64,000 nucleotides of DNA from Glaucostegus cemiculus. Lineage: Eukaryota. The position numbers were made by a program, and so were the translations under genes. Shown one piece after another: positions 25,201 through 39,600 of this stretch. The number at the start of each line of letters is the position of its first letter. Position 1 is the first letter of the stretch. The notes under the pieces are model-generated. The model was not told the origin of the DNA, ran no database searches, and saw only the letters and a program-made list of their open reading frames with translations. The stretch spans positions 5,456,001 to 5,520,000 of the forward strand of contig CDPCPM010000025.1 in assembly GCA_976551045.1 (NCBI GenBank), written 5' to 3'.

Positions 25201-28200
25201 CTATAACAAAAAAAACCAATTATCTTAGAATTCACTATGGAAACATCATCTTGGAGAATGGATTTAATTTATGTACAAAATTTCCAATGGGGTGAACATA
25301 CTAATTTTTTTTTGATCTTATGTTATTTTTAATTGTAATATTAAATATAGAAAGAACCAGGACAAATACTCATACTGAAAGCAATCTGCAATCTGCTTAA
25401 TTATGCACTTTGATTTGTAGTTTAGTAAGAAGATTAAGTAAAGGCAGTCTAGTTATTATCTTATTAAATACTCAGCAGACTGTTTACTTCAGTGCAAGAG
25501 ACAAATCTTCAAGCAAATCTTTATAATACTGATATTGTACAAATCCTGGGTAAAGGTAAAATTGAAATTAATTTTTGTCATAGAGTATTATCTAACGATA
25601 AACTTTTAAAGCAGACTTGCAAGAGATTTCATTTGAACATTTCAATTGATTATCTTATTTCTTATAATAGATGAGATTTTCCTGAGGCTACATCAGGGTG
25701 CACTGGATTGCCATATTGCATCCAATTAACGCTTGGTCATTCCAGTTAGGAAGCACTTATCCACAGAGTGGGCAGTTGGACTCTCTTTCCACAAAATGTT
25801 TGTGTATGCTGGTCCAATTGAAATATGTTCAAATAATGTGGATTAAATCCCTGAAAAGCAATTTGGAGGATATATATAAGGGTTTGATCATAAAAGTCCT
25901 GGAAGAGGTGGAAAGATTGAACTTATTCCCCTTCCTGCTCCTCCCCTTCTCCATGAGCTGCTTAATTTTCTGGTTCTTTAGTGCAGACATTTATTCCATA
26001 CAAGTCAGGTGGCAGAGGTGTCAGCTAGCCTACCAAATAAAATGTGTTCAGGAAAACTTAGATAAAGTCTGTATTGGGAGATATTTGACAGCATAACTGA
26101 CATCAATATCTCCTGGGGTTTTGGGTCATTATTAAAAGCCATTCCTTGATTTACACTAAAGATTCCTGATTCTGCCATTTTGACATATATTCAACTTATT
26201 CATTTATCAAACAGCAGTACCCCTTATTTAAAGGTTAACATATAATGGATCAAATTGTTCTCATATCATTGGATGTCCTCCTGAAGTCTTCACTATCAGA
26301 AATATAAATCCTCAGTCAATTCATCAAGAAACAGCAAAATTGCTTAAGATCTGTGTGATCTACAATTAGCCACACCCATAGCCAAGTTGTTCCAGTGGCT
26401 TCTACCAGTCAAAGTGGAAATTATCAAGTTATGCCCCATCCACAAGATAGATCCAATTGAGTCAATTACCACTGTATCACTCCCAATTATTAGCAACAGA
26501 CTAGAATGTCTATGATGGGTTTTCAAGAACTTGCTAATTGATGCTCAGTTTGGGTTCCACCAGGACAAATCAGTTCCAAATTTCATGACAGCCTTGGCTC
26601 AAATGTGAACAAAATTGTTTAATTCCAGTGGAAAGATGAGATTGATTGCTCTTGATGATTATGGCAGCATTTGGCTAAGTATGGTACAAAGAAGCCTGGG
26701 AAAATAAAGTATACATGGAAGAAAACGTCTCTACCAATTCCAGACTGATTTGGAAATGTTACATCATTCCTTCAAGGACAAAATCCTGGAATTTTCCACT
26801 TTACAGGACTGTCCACAAAGACTGAAACAATTCAAGAATGTATTTCACCAATACCACCTACTTGAGAATCACTTGTGATCCCCAAATCCTGTGTCAAAAT
26901 AAAGAAAGAAATTGGATAAACAATTTTTTCTGTTTGTTTAGTTACATCTGTAGAAACCACAAAATTCATAATTAATTAGGACCTACCAAGCTATACTGAA
27001 ATTTACAGGTGGAAGGTGTATTAGTGTGCAAGTATCTATCTATCCAATGTTATAGATTGATATTGTGGGTTCATATTATAGGATTGAGCTCCTATTTGAA
27101 ACCATGCAATGGCAAATGTGTTTGGTAATATTGCTGGTTTGTACTCTGACATTTGATCTTTGATAAGAGACGTAGAATCAAAAGTATTTGAGAATCAATC
27201 ATTCCCGGAGAGAAACAGTATTATTTGTGTTCACATTCAGGCAATCAGTAGACTGCTAAAAACAAAATCAGTATCATTCAGTTTCCAGATGAAGAGGCAT
27301 CCAATAGCAATGGTTCATTAAGTATTTGATTTTACTCATAGCCCAGACAGTTGAAGATCACTGTTGTTTCTGATGTTATGCTATATATTGGCATTCTGAT
27401 GAAACATCATCATGGTCATTGGCATCTACTGAAGTGTGATAAATTCAGTTTGAAGATGATAAAGTTCCTCCACGAATCCAATTACAAATCAGAATTTCAC
27501 TGCAATTGAGTGGAAGTACATCTGTTCAAAACCTTCAGTCGCAATTCAGTTAGCTAGAAGATGGTCCAGGAACCAAAATGATATTTTTGTGATAATTTAC
27601 TATAAATAATCAACCTTGTTTCAATAGTAGTCTCCTGCTTCTGTGGCAGTCACTCACCAACTCTGGCTCTGCTACAGGATACGAGCACATAAGGCTGAAA
27701 TATCTGTGTAATACTACGTTCTGTGTTATTGGAAATACCTAATTTAGGATGACAGAGTTAACAGAGTTTAAAAGGTTAAATTCTGTGAACATTGCTTTGT
27801 ATGTATTCAGTAAAAGTAATAAAATGAGTGTAAAAGTTTGGGAGAATTAAGAATGAGGGAGTATAATCTTAAATTAGCAATCGTACATTTAGCAATGAAA
27901 TTTGGAAGCACATTTTCAGTGTCAGAGCAGAGGAAAGTGTTGATATTCAGTTAAATAAAATGTTCGAGTTTGTGAATGATAGATTTACATTAAGTGTATT
28001 CCGGAAATGGAACAAAGGTAGAGAATTTAAGTTCAAGCTGAGTGGTAGAACAAGGACAAAGAGCTGCAGAGCCTACTTCTCGTATTCCTAAACTTATGTT
28101 TTGTTTATCTGCTTGGGGAGGTTAAACAAAATCTCTGAACACTATTTGCAAAAAGAGCATGGAGACCCTCTTGGTGTCCCAGTTAATTATAATCCACCAA

Positions 28201-28349
28201 TATCACATAAAAGGGATTAACTGTCCACTTATTTTATTTGTGCTTTGCACGACTTGGCTGTCACATTTGTCAACAGTGTAATGTTGACTGTCAAGCATTT
28301 TGATATGTCCTTTGTAAGAATATGAAAGAAGTTATATGAATATATATTC

Positions 28350-28671
28350 ATGGTGTGTGCCTTGAAGGAGAACTGGTGGCAATGTGATAATAACAAGATA
28401 AAATGACATGGACATAGAAAATACTTATGTTTAAAGGTTAAAAAAGTAATCTGTTTTGACACGATGGTGTGCCAAATACAGGTGGGCTAAAGACTAATGA
28501 TAATCAATTCATTCACAAACATTAAGAAATAGGATGTTTCCTGAGTTGATTAAGTTGTCAAAACAGATTACTTTTCTAACCTTTAAACATAGAAAATATT
28601 TCTGTCCATGTCATTTTATCTTGTTATAATCACATTGCCACCAGTTCTCCTTCACGGCACACACCATCGTG
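28350..28671. repeat. Long inverted repeat / MITE-like fold-back element
   Basis: Arms 28350-28461 and 28556-28667 (112 nt each) are reverse complements with 3 isolated mismatches plus one 11-nt discordant patch; 94-nt spacer. Confidence 0.9.
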
Positions 28672-29869
28672 ATTTGAAAATAAGCCCTGAAGTTTCTGAC
28701 AGCAATGAGTAGGTACCTTCATGCTGACTACACTGGTTCAAGGTTCACCATCACCACCATCAAGTGACTCACCATCATCTCATCAAGTGCATATAGAGAT
28801 AAGCAATGAGTAGCAGCCTTCCACTGACATGTACTTTCCATAAGAGAATTGAAACAATGGCAATAAGCATTATGAACTGAGACCAATTTAAAATTCAGGA
28901 ATTTCATATTACTAGGAGTCCTGTTTTCCATGAGTGATGGGAGCATATTCACATTTAACCAATTATTTTTAATTTGAAAAGCCTTTTGCCTTCATCTGAA
29001 TAATTTCATTTATCTTAACCACTGTCAGGTGTGATCCTAGCCATTTCAATGAAACCTGTACCTGCTTTTGTAGATTGAATGGGAGCCCAAGCCTTAATTA
29101 TGAATTTAAAATGCACTGGATAATTTCCATGACACTGGAGAAGGGCATCTCATCTTATATGTTTCAACATGGAATAATAGAAGCACCACATGTGAGAAAA
29201 ATTTATTTTGCATACCATTTGTTAAAGGATTTGTTTATGTGCATCTAACAGCTGCTGACAGCATGCAGGACTGGCAGGTTGTGATGTCAGTGTGGGTGAT
29301 AATTGGATACCATTGCTGCCATTTTGGAACTCCATGCTGAAGCCCATGCATACAATTGATGGGATTCCTTTTATCCTTGCAAAGCTGTGCACAATGTTAA
29401 ACAACATTTATGATGCTCACCATTAACTTGTTTTATTTAGTGAATTATGAACAATTGCTTATTAGTTTTACATTACTATGCATTGTGATGAACTTTTGTA
29501 TACTTGTATGAAGTTTCAAGTTTATAGGAAATTGGCTAATGCTGAAGAAAACTTTGATGACAAAGGCTGGACAGAAAACAGTTGCTTACAGACTGGGTAA
29601 ATTTTTCTCTCAGAATTGATGAAAGCACTGACAACAGAAATAGTCATTGTACCCTCACAAGATCACAAGGCAAAGGAGTAGGAGTAGGCGTAGGCCATTT
29701 GGCCCAGTGAGTCTGCTCTATGCGCTAAACTAAACCATTCCTATCTTTTCTCTTTTATTGGATTCAAGATTGCATACTTCCCTATGGTGTGTGGTGACAT
29801 TGACTCCATGACATCAATTTACTTACATCTCATGACAAGCCTGATATTATCTTGAACTGACTGCAATAT

Positions 29870-30650
29870 TAGGTGGAAGTATGAGCAGGGAGGAGGATGT
29901 AAAGAGGTTTAAAGAGGATATAAGCAAGCTGATTGAGAGGACAAGAACATGGCAGATTCATGATAATGTTGAAAAATATGAAGTTATCCACTCTGGAACT
30001 CAAAACAGAAAAGCAGACCATTTTTAAATGCATATGTAGCAATCAATTAGGAAAACTAATGGTACATTAGCTTTTATTATGGGAGGATCTGAATACTGGA
30101 GTGAAGATGTCTTATTGCATTTATATAGGGACTTGGCAGGACTGTGTCTGGAGTATTACAGAGTTTTGGTCTCCTTACCTAACGTTTATATTTGCCATAC
30201 AGGGAATGTAGAGGAGATTCATGAGACAGGTTCCAAGGATGGCAGGTTTCCCACCATGAGGAGAGATTCAGGAGACTAGGCCTGCATTCTCTTAAGAGTT
30301 TAGAAGAATGAAAAGAAATCTCATTGAAACTTATAGTAACTTAGGGCTTGATAGGCTGCAAACAGAGAGGATGTTTCCGTGCCTGACAAGTGTAGAACCA
30401 GGGGTCACAGAGTCATAATATGGGGTAGGCCAAGTCTGAGAAGGAAATAAATTTCTTCAGTCTGAGGCTGATGATTTTTTGGAATTCTCTATCCCAATGA
30501 ACTGGGAGGCTCAGTCACTGTTCCTTAAAAAGAGATTTCTGGATTTTAAGGGATATGGGGATTGTGCAGGAATATGAAGCTGAGATGGACCAGTATTAGC
30601 TTAATGGATAGGCGAGAAGATTTCCAGGGGGCAAAAATGGCTACTCCTTT
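29870..30650 (+). mobile_element. Old CR1 LINE 3' fragment
   Basis: ORF 30079..30279 (LLHLYRDL...LEYY) and CR1 3' motifs. Confidence 0.7.
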
Positions 30651-33469
30651 CCCTTTCTTTTGTCCCTCAGTGTATAATGGGTGTGCAGAGATAAGCCATG
30701 GTAGAGATCAATGCCTAATAATCCCCAAAAGAAGCAGCTGAGAATGTAGACATTGGATTTTGCATCATACTTCCACACGCATTAGGTGATCATTTGGGAG
30801 GAACATCTCAAGCCCAACGCAAATCCCTGCCCTGTATTGTAGATGAACTATTCTATGCTCCTCAATATAGAGCACAACTTTCCTTACAGTCCTTCACTGT
30901 GTATTATGCTCATTCATAGCAATTAAAACATGCAGCATGCATGTCCACTCCAGTTAATTCATGTTGTATATCATCTTCCCCAGCAAGAGAGTAGAGTGTG
31001 GCATGAGGAAATGAATACTTTTTGGTGTCATATTCCATTGCTTGCAATATCAAGTGGCTAATCTGATACCACTTGTTTTGCATAGTGATGTTTCTAGCCC
31101 AATAAGTCTTTGTAATGATCCAATAAAATGATTGGTTTAGATCCTACACAGTCACCTGCTATTTCCCATGCAGATTTTCCAACGGAATTTGAGACAACAT
31201 GGTGCATTCTAATTTCCCTAGTTCCACTGCAAAGCCCCACAGAAAGGTTGTGGTGAAATATAAGTGTAATGGAAGATTTTATTGATCAATCAACCATTTG
31301 GAACATATGATTTCAGATCATAGGATGATTTTAATTCAGTAATACAAAATAAATTTGGTTACATTTGACTTAAAACGGTAAGCCTTGCTGAAAGATAATA
31401 ACACAACATAAAATAACATTGCACGTGAGAAAGTGAATTAAAAGACTTTAACCTAGTGACATAGAACATGATTTAATATAGTGATACATTAGCAAAGTTA
31501 GTGCTATCACTGGTGATGTCTGTACAGCTTCCAGTATCACTGAAACCTGTGCAAATCAATGATGTCTGTGCAATTTCTAACAATTAGGAATTAAAATTGT
31601 ATTTCACCATATTTAAAGAAGAAAAATTTTTAGTGTTAAGAAACTATCATTTAAACCTCTTTGGAAGTGTTAACCATTGATAAACATTTGATTATGCATC
31701 CTGTAGACCGTCTTTAATACTGTGATTATTCCTGCACAATAACAAGCTTCTTAATAGGAAATTAGCATCAAATGTAGCCTAATACCATTATCAGTTTAAT
31801 AATTATATTGTAAGAATTATTTCTATTCTTAGCATTAACACTGCAATTTATACCCTAACCAACAATATGTTTAATTGCAAGTTAATGATCTTTATCTTGG
31901 TATCACTCGAATGCTGGAAAATAGCAAAGGATTTATCTTTGACTCTAAGTGTAAGATTAATTAATTAGGGGGAACAGTAGCATTATTTTCTGCACAAAAA
32001 GTGAAATTGGTATGTTCACATGGTGAAGGGGCATAAATTACCTGAAGTACTCTTGCAGCAATGTAAAGATAACATCTAGGAAAGTGGGTGAAGAATGGAA
32101 AATTGGGATTGAGAGGAAGCCCTTCTACTCCAGAACACTAATTTATTTTCCATTAAAAAGGAGTTCCTTTGACAGAGCTAGCAAAATCCCAATTCTCTGA
32201 CAACACAGTATCCTTATACTTGAGGAGAGAATTTTTAAAATATATTTATGAGCAGTTTCACAAAAGTAGGAGCATATGAAGATGAAGGGGGTGCATGCAC
32301 AGAGAAGACCACATGCACAGAGAAGATCACCTAATAATTATCAAGTATATTAAGGATACATGTACGTGTATTTGTCGATAACCTGAGTGCATTTAACCCC
32401 TCCAAAAATGTAACATTTAAATTCCTATGTGTACCGCTGGGAAGGAAAATATTCATAATACATTTGTATATTGTATTACGAAGTTGTAATAGTAACTGGA
32501 ATTGAGTTTCAATAAAACCATAATCTAATTGAATGGCAGGGCAGACTTCATGGGCTGAATAAGAAAGGAAACAGGCTAATATATCATTAAAGACACTGGA
32601 GATCATGTTGTTTAATATTTTTTACATAAAGCAGCACGTTCTCTCACAACTGTGAGCAACAGTTAGAAGATCAAGTTTTTGTTTTAAAAAGACGGCCAAA
32701 AATCTAGTCTAGGAAGTCCCAGTCATTTTACCTTCCCAGCTGGAATTCTTACTGACTGTCATCATATGTTTTAATAGAAGTTTTGATTTACATCTGGCAT
32801 TTCTTGGAGCAACTTTAATTCCTCTACTGTGTTCAAATGTGACGAGGGGCAGCTTTATCTCAAAAGCTGTAAGAATGGGGTAATGTTGAATAATTTGGAT
32901 GGTTGCATCTCAGGTACCTGGTTTTAGAACATAGAACAGTACAGCACCTTCGGCCCATGATGTTGTGCTGACATTTTATCCTGCTCTAAGATCTATCTAA
33001 CCCTTCCCTCCAACAGGGCCCTCCATTTTTCTATAATTCATGTGGCTATCTATGAGTCTTTTAAATGTCCCTAATGTATCTGCCTCCACCATCTCTGTCG
33101 GCAGTGCATTCCATGCACCCACCATTTTGTGTAAAAAAAAAACTTATCTTTGATATACCCCCTATACCCTCCTCCAATCACCTTAAAATTATGTCCCCCC
33201 CGTGTTAGCCATTTTTGCCCTGGGAAAAAGTCTCTGACTGTCCACTCGATCTATGCCTCTTATCATCTTGTAAACCTCTATCAAGTCACCTCTTATTCTC
33301 CTTTGCTCCAAAGAGGAAAGTCCTAGCTTGCTCAACCTATCCTCATAAGACATGCTCTCCAATCCAGGCAGCATCCAGGTAAATCTCCTCTGCACCCTCT
33401 CTAAAGCTTCCACATCCTTCCTATAATGAGGTGACTAGAACTGAACACAATACTCCAAGTATGGTATAA

Positions 33470-35857
33470 TTGGTATTGGTTTATTATTGTCACTTGTACC
33501 AAGGTGCAGTGAAAAGCTTGTCTTACAAACTGATCATACAGGTCAATTCATTACACAGTACAGTTACACTGAGTTAGTACAAAGTGCATTAATATAGTAC
33601 AGGTAAAAACAGTAACAGTACAGAGTAAAGTGTCACAGCTACAGAGAAAGCGCAGTGCAATAAGGTGCAAGCTCACAACAAGGTAGATCGTGAGGTCATA
33701 GTCCATCTCATTGTATATGGGAACTGTTCAATAGTCTTATCACAGTGGGGTAGCAGCTGTCCTTTAAGTCTGGTGGTACGTGCCCTCAGGCACTTGTATC
33801 TACCCTCTCGACCTCAGCACCATTGATGTAGACAGGTGCATGTATGCCGCCCCCTTTCCTGAAGTCAATGACCAGCTCTTTTGTTGACATTGAGGGAAAG
33901 ATTGTTGGCATGATACCATTCCACTAAGCTCTCTATCTCCTTCCTGTACTCCGACTCATCCATACTTCAGTGTTAAAACTACTTTATTAATAACTACATC
34001 TGATAATACGTAAAATAAGAATAAAGAGTTAGTATATTAGTACACAATAAAATATTAGAATCTTAAACTATAACCCCAAAACTACTCGTCGTGTGTGCGT
34101 GTCAAATTCCTAAATTCAAAGTCCAGGAATTAGTTCTTAAAGTTCAGTTCAATAAGCCGTAAGATGAAACACGAATAAAGGCTTCTTCACAAGCACCGTC
34201 CACCGAAGACAAAACATAGATATAGAGGGAACTTAGAGAGGAATCACAAAATCTGAATGTTTCACTCGAAACTCAGATGACACTTCAGGGCTAACTCGGT
34301 AGTGACTTTCTCACCCCGAAAACTCCTTGATCGTGACTGTCCACGCAAATACCTGTGTTCTTCTACAGGTTACTGACAAAGTGAATTCCACTGGACTACT
34401 CCAGAAATCCATCCACGGATTTTAGTGACAAACACAGTTACTGTCCTTCATCCATCGACAGAAACAAAACAGGCTGCCATCGCTCCTTCTTCTCTCTCTC
34501 CTTCTGTTTGTCTCTCTCTCTCTCCTATCTTTTTCTTTCTTGTAATGACCTCATCACGTTAGTCTTATCTTCTGTTGACGTAATACATTGCACACACACA
34601 TAATGTCCCATCTTAAAGGGATATTTGCCTATAGTAAGCTACTTCATAACAACTGTTTGAGATACGGACTACAATGGTGGTATCATCTGCAAACTTGTAA
34701 ATGGAGTTAGAGCAGAATCTGGTCACACAGTCATAAGTGTATAGGGAGTAGAGGGCTGAGGACACAGCCTTGTGGGGCACCAGTGTTGAGAATAATCGTG
34801 CCAGAGGTATTGCTGCCTATCCTCACTGATTTCGTCTGTTTGTTAGAAAGTCGAGGATCCAGTTACAGAGGGAGGTGTTGAGTCCTAGGTCTCAGAGTTT
34901 GGTGACAAGCTTGCTTGGATTTATTGTATTGAATGCAGGGTTGTAGTCAATAAACAATATGTCTTTACTGTCCAGATGAGTGAGTGTAGGGCCAGGGAGA
35001 TGGCATTCACTGTAGACCTGTTTCGCAGATAGGCAAATTGCAATGGGTCCAGGTTGTCTGGAGTTGATGCGTGTCATGACCTCTCAAAACACTGCATGAT
35101 GGTGGATGTCAGAGGCACTGGTCGGTAGTCATTGAGGCATGTTACCTTGCTTTTCTTTGGTACTGGGATGATAGTGGTCTTCTCAAAGCAGGTGGGAACC
35201 TGAGATTGAAGCAGGAAGACATTGAATATGTCTGTATATACTTCTGCCAGCTGGTCAGCACAAGATCTGAGCACGTGGCCTGGGACATCATCTGGGCCAG
35301 GTGATTTCCTCATGTTCACTCTCTGGAAGACTGATCTTACATCCTCCACTGTGATCACAGGTTCAGCTGCATTGGTGGCTGTCAGGGTGGATGGTGACAA
35401 TCCACTTCCCTTTTGTTCAAAACGCACATAGACTGCATTAAGTTAATCAGGAAGGGATGCTCTGTTGTTAGCTACGCAGCCCGACTTCGTCCTGTAGCCT
35501 GTTATGGCATGTAAGCCCTGCCATAACTGGCGGCTGGTTAGGGACTCTATTTTGAGTTGGTATTGCCTCTTGGCATCCCTGCTAGCTTTTCAAAGGTCAT
35601 ACCTCGATTTCTTGTACAGATCAGGATGACCAGATTTGTGTGCAGCAGTCCTCTCCTTCAGTAGGGAGTGGATCTCCCGGTTCATCCATGGTTTCCTGTT
35701 TGGGAACACCCATATTGTCTTCTTTGGCACACAGTCCTCCACACACTTGCTGATAAAGTCCTTGATGGTGGTGACATACTCATCCAAGGCTAGCAGCTGA
35801 GTCTTTGAACATGGACCAGTCCACTGTCTCAAAGCAGTCACGTAGGAGCTATATGTA
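33470..35857 (-). mobile_element. Rex1/Babar-type LINE inserted in CR1
   Basis: ORF 35074..35427 PTCFEKTTIIPVPKKSKVTCLNDYRPV and FPNRKPWM motif; flanked by GGTATAA direct repeats (33463-69, 35858-64). Confidence 0.85.
33961..34651 (-). mobile_element. LTR-like insertion inside the Rex1/Babar element
   Basis: Splits contiguous RT sequence (gactcatc|actgtttgag). Minus strand begins TGTTATG and has AATAAA near the far end; no CA terminus or TSD seen. Confidence 0.55.
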
Positions 35858-38800
35858 GGTATAAACAGAGTTTTATAGAGCTGCAACATCACCTCATGGC
35901 TCTTGAATTCAATCCCTCAACTAATGAAGGCCAACACATTATACGCCTTCTTAACAAACCTATCAACCTGTGCAGCAACCTTGAGGGATCTATGGACGTG
36001 GACCCCAAGATCCTTCTGTTCCTCCACACTGCTAAGAGTCCTGCCATTAACCTTGTATTCTGCCTTCATATTCAATCTTCCAAAGTGCATCACTTCACTG
36101 GGTTGAACATCTGCCACTTCTCAGCCCAGCTCTATATCCTATCAATGTCCTGTTGTAACATACAGTAACCTTCTACAATATCCACAACACCACCAACCTT
36201 CGTGTCATGTGCAAACTTACTAACCCAGCTTTCCACATCCTCATCCAAGTCATTTATAAAAATCACGAAGAGTAAGGGTCCCAGAATAGATCCCTGCAGA
36301 ACACCACATTTCACTGACCTCCAGGCAGAAAACGCTCCATCTACAACCACCCTCTGACTTCAATGGGTGAGTCAATTCTGAATTCAGGCAGCCTAGTTTC
36401 TCTGAATCCCATGCCTCCCGACTTCTGAATGAGCCTTCCATGAGGAACCTTGTTAAATGCCTTACTAAAATCCACGTGCACCACATCCACTGCTCTACCG
36501 TCATCAATATGCCTTGTCACATCCTCAAAGAATTCAATCAGGCTTGTGAGGCACAATCTGCCCCTCACAAAACCATGCTGACTGTCCCCAATCAGCCTAT
36601 GTTTCACCAAATGCTCATAAATTCTATCTCTAAGAATCTTCTTCTGTAATTTGCCCACCACTGAAGTAAGACTCACTAACCTATAATTCATAGGTTTATC
36701 CCTACTCCATTTGTTGAACAAAGGAACAATATTTGCCACCCTCCAATTATCCAGCAGTACTTCTGTGGCTAGTGAGAACACAAAGATCATCGCCAAAGGC
36801 ACAACAATCTCTTCCCTTGCTTCCCATAAAAACCTTGGATATATGCCGTCTGGCCTTTGTGACTTATCTATCCTAATGTTTTTCAGAAGTTCCAGTGCAT
36901 CCTCTTTCCTCACAATGACATGCTCTGGCATATCAGCCTGATGTACACCATCCTCACAAATATCAAGGTCTCTCTCACTGGTGAATACCGAAGCAAAGTA
37001 GTCATTAAAGACTTCATCTACCTCTTCTGACTCCAGGTACGTTTTCTTGTTTATCCCTGATCGGTCCTACCCCCACTCTCGTCATCCTCCTATTCTTCAC
37101 ATACGTGAAGAATGCCTTGGGGTTTTCCTTAATCCTACTCACCAAGGCCTTCTCATGCCCTCTTCTAGCTCTCCTATGTCTATTCTTAAGATTCCTCCTG
37201 GCTTCCTTGTAACTCTCAAGACCCTTGTCTGATCCTTGCTTTCTCAACCTTAGGTAAGCTTCTTTATTCCTTTTGACAAGATATTCTACATCTTTTGTCA
37301 ATCATGGTTCCTTCACTCTACCATCCTAACCCTGCCTCAATGGGACAAACCTGTCCAGAACACCATGCAAGTACTCCCTAAACAACCTCCACATTTCCGT
37401 TGTGCAATTCCCCAAGAACATCTGTTCCCAATTTACACTTCCAAGTTCCTGCATTGGCATCATAATTCCCCCTCCCCCAATTAAATACCTTCCCATATCA
37501 TCTGTTCCTATTCCTCTCCAAGGCTATGGTAAAGGTCCAGGAGTTATGGTCAATGTCTCCAAAATGTTCTCCCACCGAGAGATCTGAAACCTGATAAGGC
37601 TCATTGACTTGTACCAGGTCCAGAATGGCCTCTCCTTTAGTTGAACCTGTCCACATACTGTGTCAGGAATCCTTCCTGGACACTCTTAACAAACTCTGCC
37701 TCATCTGTCCCCTTTACACTAAAGTGCCAATCAATATTAGGGAAGTTGAAATCACCCATGACAACAACCCTGTTATTTTTGCACCTTTCCAAAATCTGCC
37801 TCCCAATCTGCTCCTCAGTGTCTGATGCTATTGAGGGGGGGGGGGGGGGGGGGGGGGGGAGGTCTTCACAATACACCCAATAGGGTGATTGCTCCCTTCT
37901 TGTTTCTGATTTACTTGATAAAAAGAAACTCCATAATCCACTGATTAATATTGGATTAGGATCTAGTTCCCAAGTCTCTTCCCAGTCAGAGAAAGAAGTT
38001 ATTATTGAGCTTATTTTTGTTTCCAAAGGTGCCACCCCTTTAGAAGTAACTGATGTCCTTAAGGAATAATTAACTTTCTGCCTTAAACTTCTGGATGTTT
38101 CCTGGGCCCCCATCAGTATTCACAGCAGTTCTGCAAGTGGCATGATTTCCCTTGATACTACTTAAAGATGGGATGTGTAGAATTTACAAGGAAAATCCAA
38201 AATGGTTTTGAGAAGGGAGATAGATAGTTGGGAGGACAGTTATGGACATACGAAGAAAGTTCTCATGATCCTTTAAACTACTTTTGAAATTAATTAAAGT
38301 TACATCCCCTTGAAACAAATCATCTTTTCTCTCTGCTTCATCACGTAGAATTTCAGAGTCCTTTTATTCCAAGGAACAGAAGGAATAAACTGATCAGCTA
38401 TTAACACTCCATTCAAATAGGTTATGGTAATTAGTAATCTAAATTTGAATAATTTCTCTTTTGTTTTCCTTTTCAATCAAACTATTTACATTGCAAATCA
38501 CAGAATAATTAAAAGAACTCCAAATCTGGCTGATATTTTAGTCAAGGGTGTCAGTTTATATATGCTGATGAACAAAGATGAATGATTAAAATAAAGTCAA
38601 AAGGAAATTCCTCTACTTGTTTTCTAGGCTGAAGGAAACAAAGCATTTTAAGTGACATGGATTTTCAAATTAAATTAAAATCTCCTTTACAAACTATTGT
38701 TTAAGTTATGTTGCATTAAAATATTGTAATTACATTTGGCCCATTATAAAATTGTCTTTGGGAACCATTTTCCTCTGAAGGAGAGGTGAAGGCATGTAAA

Positions 38801-39039
38801 AGCCAGGTATTTCTTGTAGTTAAAATAATAATGTATTAGATTTTCAATGACATTCTATCTCTGATAATGTTACAAAGGAAAATCAGTAAGTTATTTTAAG
38901 TGAGGGTAAAACAGGTGTTGTGAGATAATTATCATAACAACAACTTTCTTAGGAAACAAATAGAGTAAAAGCAAAGTAAAATGAATAATGTAAATTAGTC
39001 TTTAAGCTGTAGAGCACAAACTTTCTAATAATACAATAT

Positions 39040-39600
39040 CAACAATACTAACTTGAATTTATATGGCATGGTTTATGTAGCAAAATATATCAAAGCAGCT
39101 TATATTAGCATATTAATCAAAAATAGGCGCTGAGGCATATAGGAGACACTGAACATTAAACTGAAAGGTCAAACAGTAGGTATTGATAAGTATTTTAAGG
39201 GACAATAAAAATAATGTATTCAGGAATGATTAAAGGAGGGAATGCTAGCGCTGAGAACCTTGGTAGCTGATGACACAGCCATTCACACTGAAGAGCCTAA
39301 ATTCATTGATGAGCAAGAGATCAAAATTAGGGAAGTGTAGATATGTCAGAAGGTTATAGTGATAAAGGAGTTATAATGGTAAACAAAAATGTGAATATTT
39401 AAATCAAGATGCTGCTTAACTGGGTGCCAATATTGATTAGCATTCCAGGGCTGAAGAAGTCATGTGATGAAGTGTTTCAGAACATGGGCAGCAGCATTTT
39501 GTATGAGGTTATGGAGAGAGGAATAAATGAATGTTGACAGGAGTGTGCTGGAATAGTCATATCCAGAGGTAACAAAGGCACAGGTCAATGTTCCATGTCC
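39040..39600 (-). mobile_element. Ancient L2 LINE 3' fragment
   Basis: ORF 39460..39687 ends LIQNAAAHVL, resembling the L2 RT C-terminal motif. Confidence 0.55.

Larger units (their letters stand above)
32927..37915 (-). mobile_element. CR1 LINE (endonuclease to 3' end) interrupted by nested insertions
   Basis: 3' part at 32927-33469; ORF2 resumes at 35858-37915 (ORFs 36132..36350, 36341..36931, 37637..). Confidence 0.95.
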
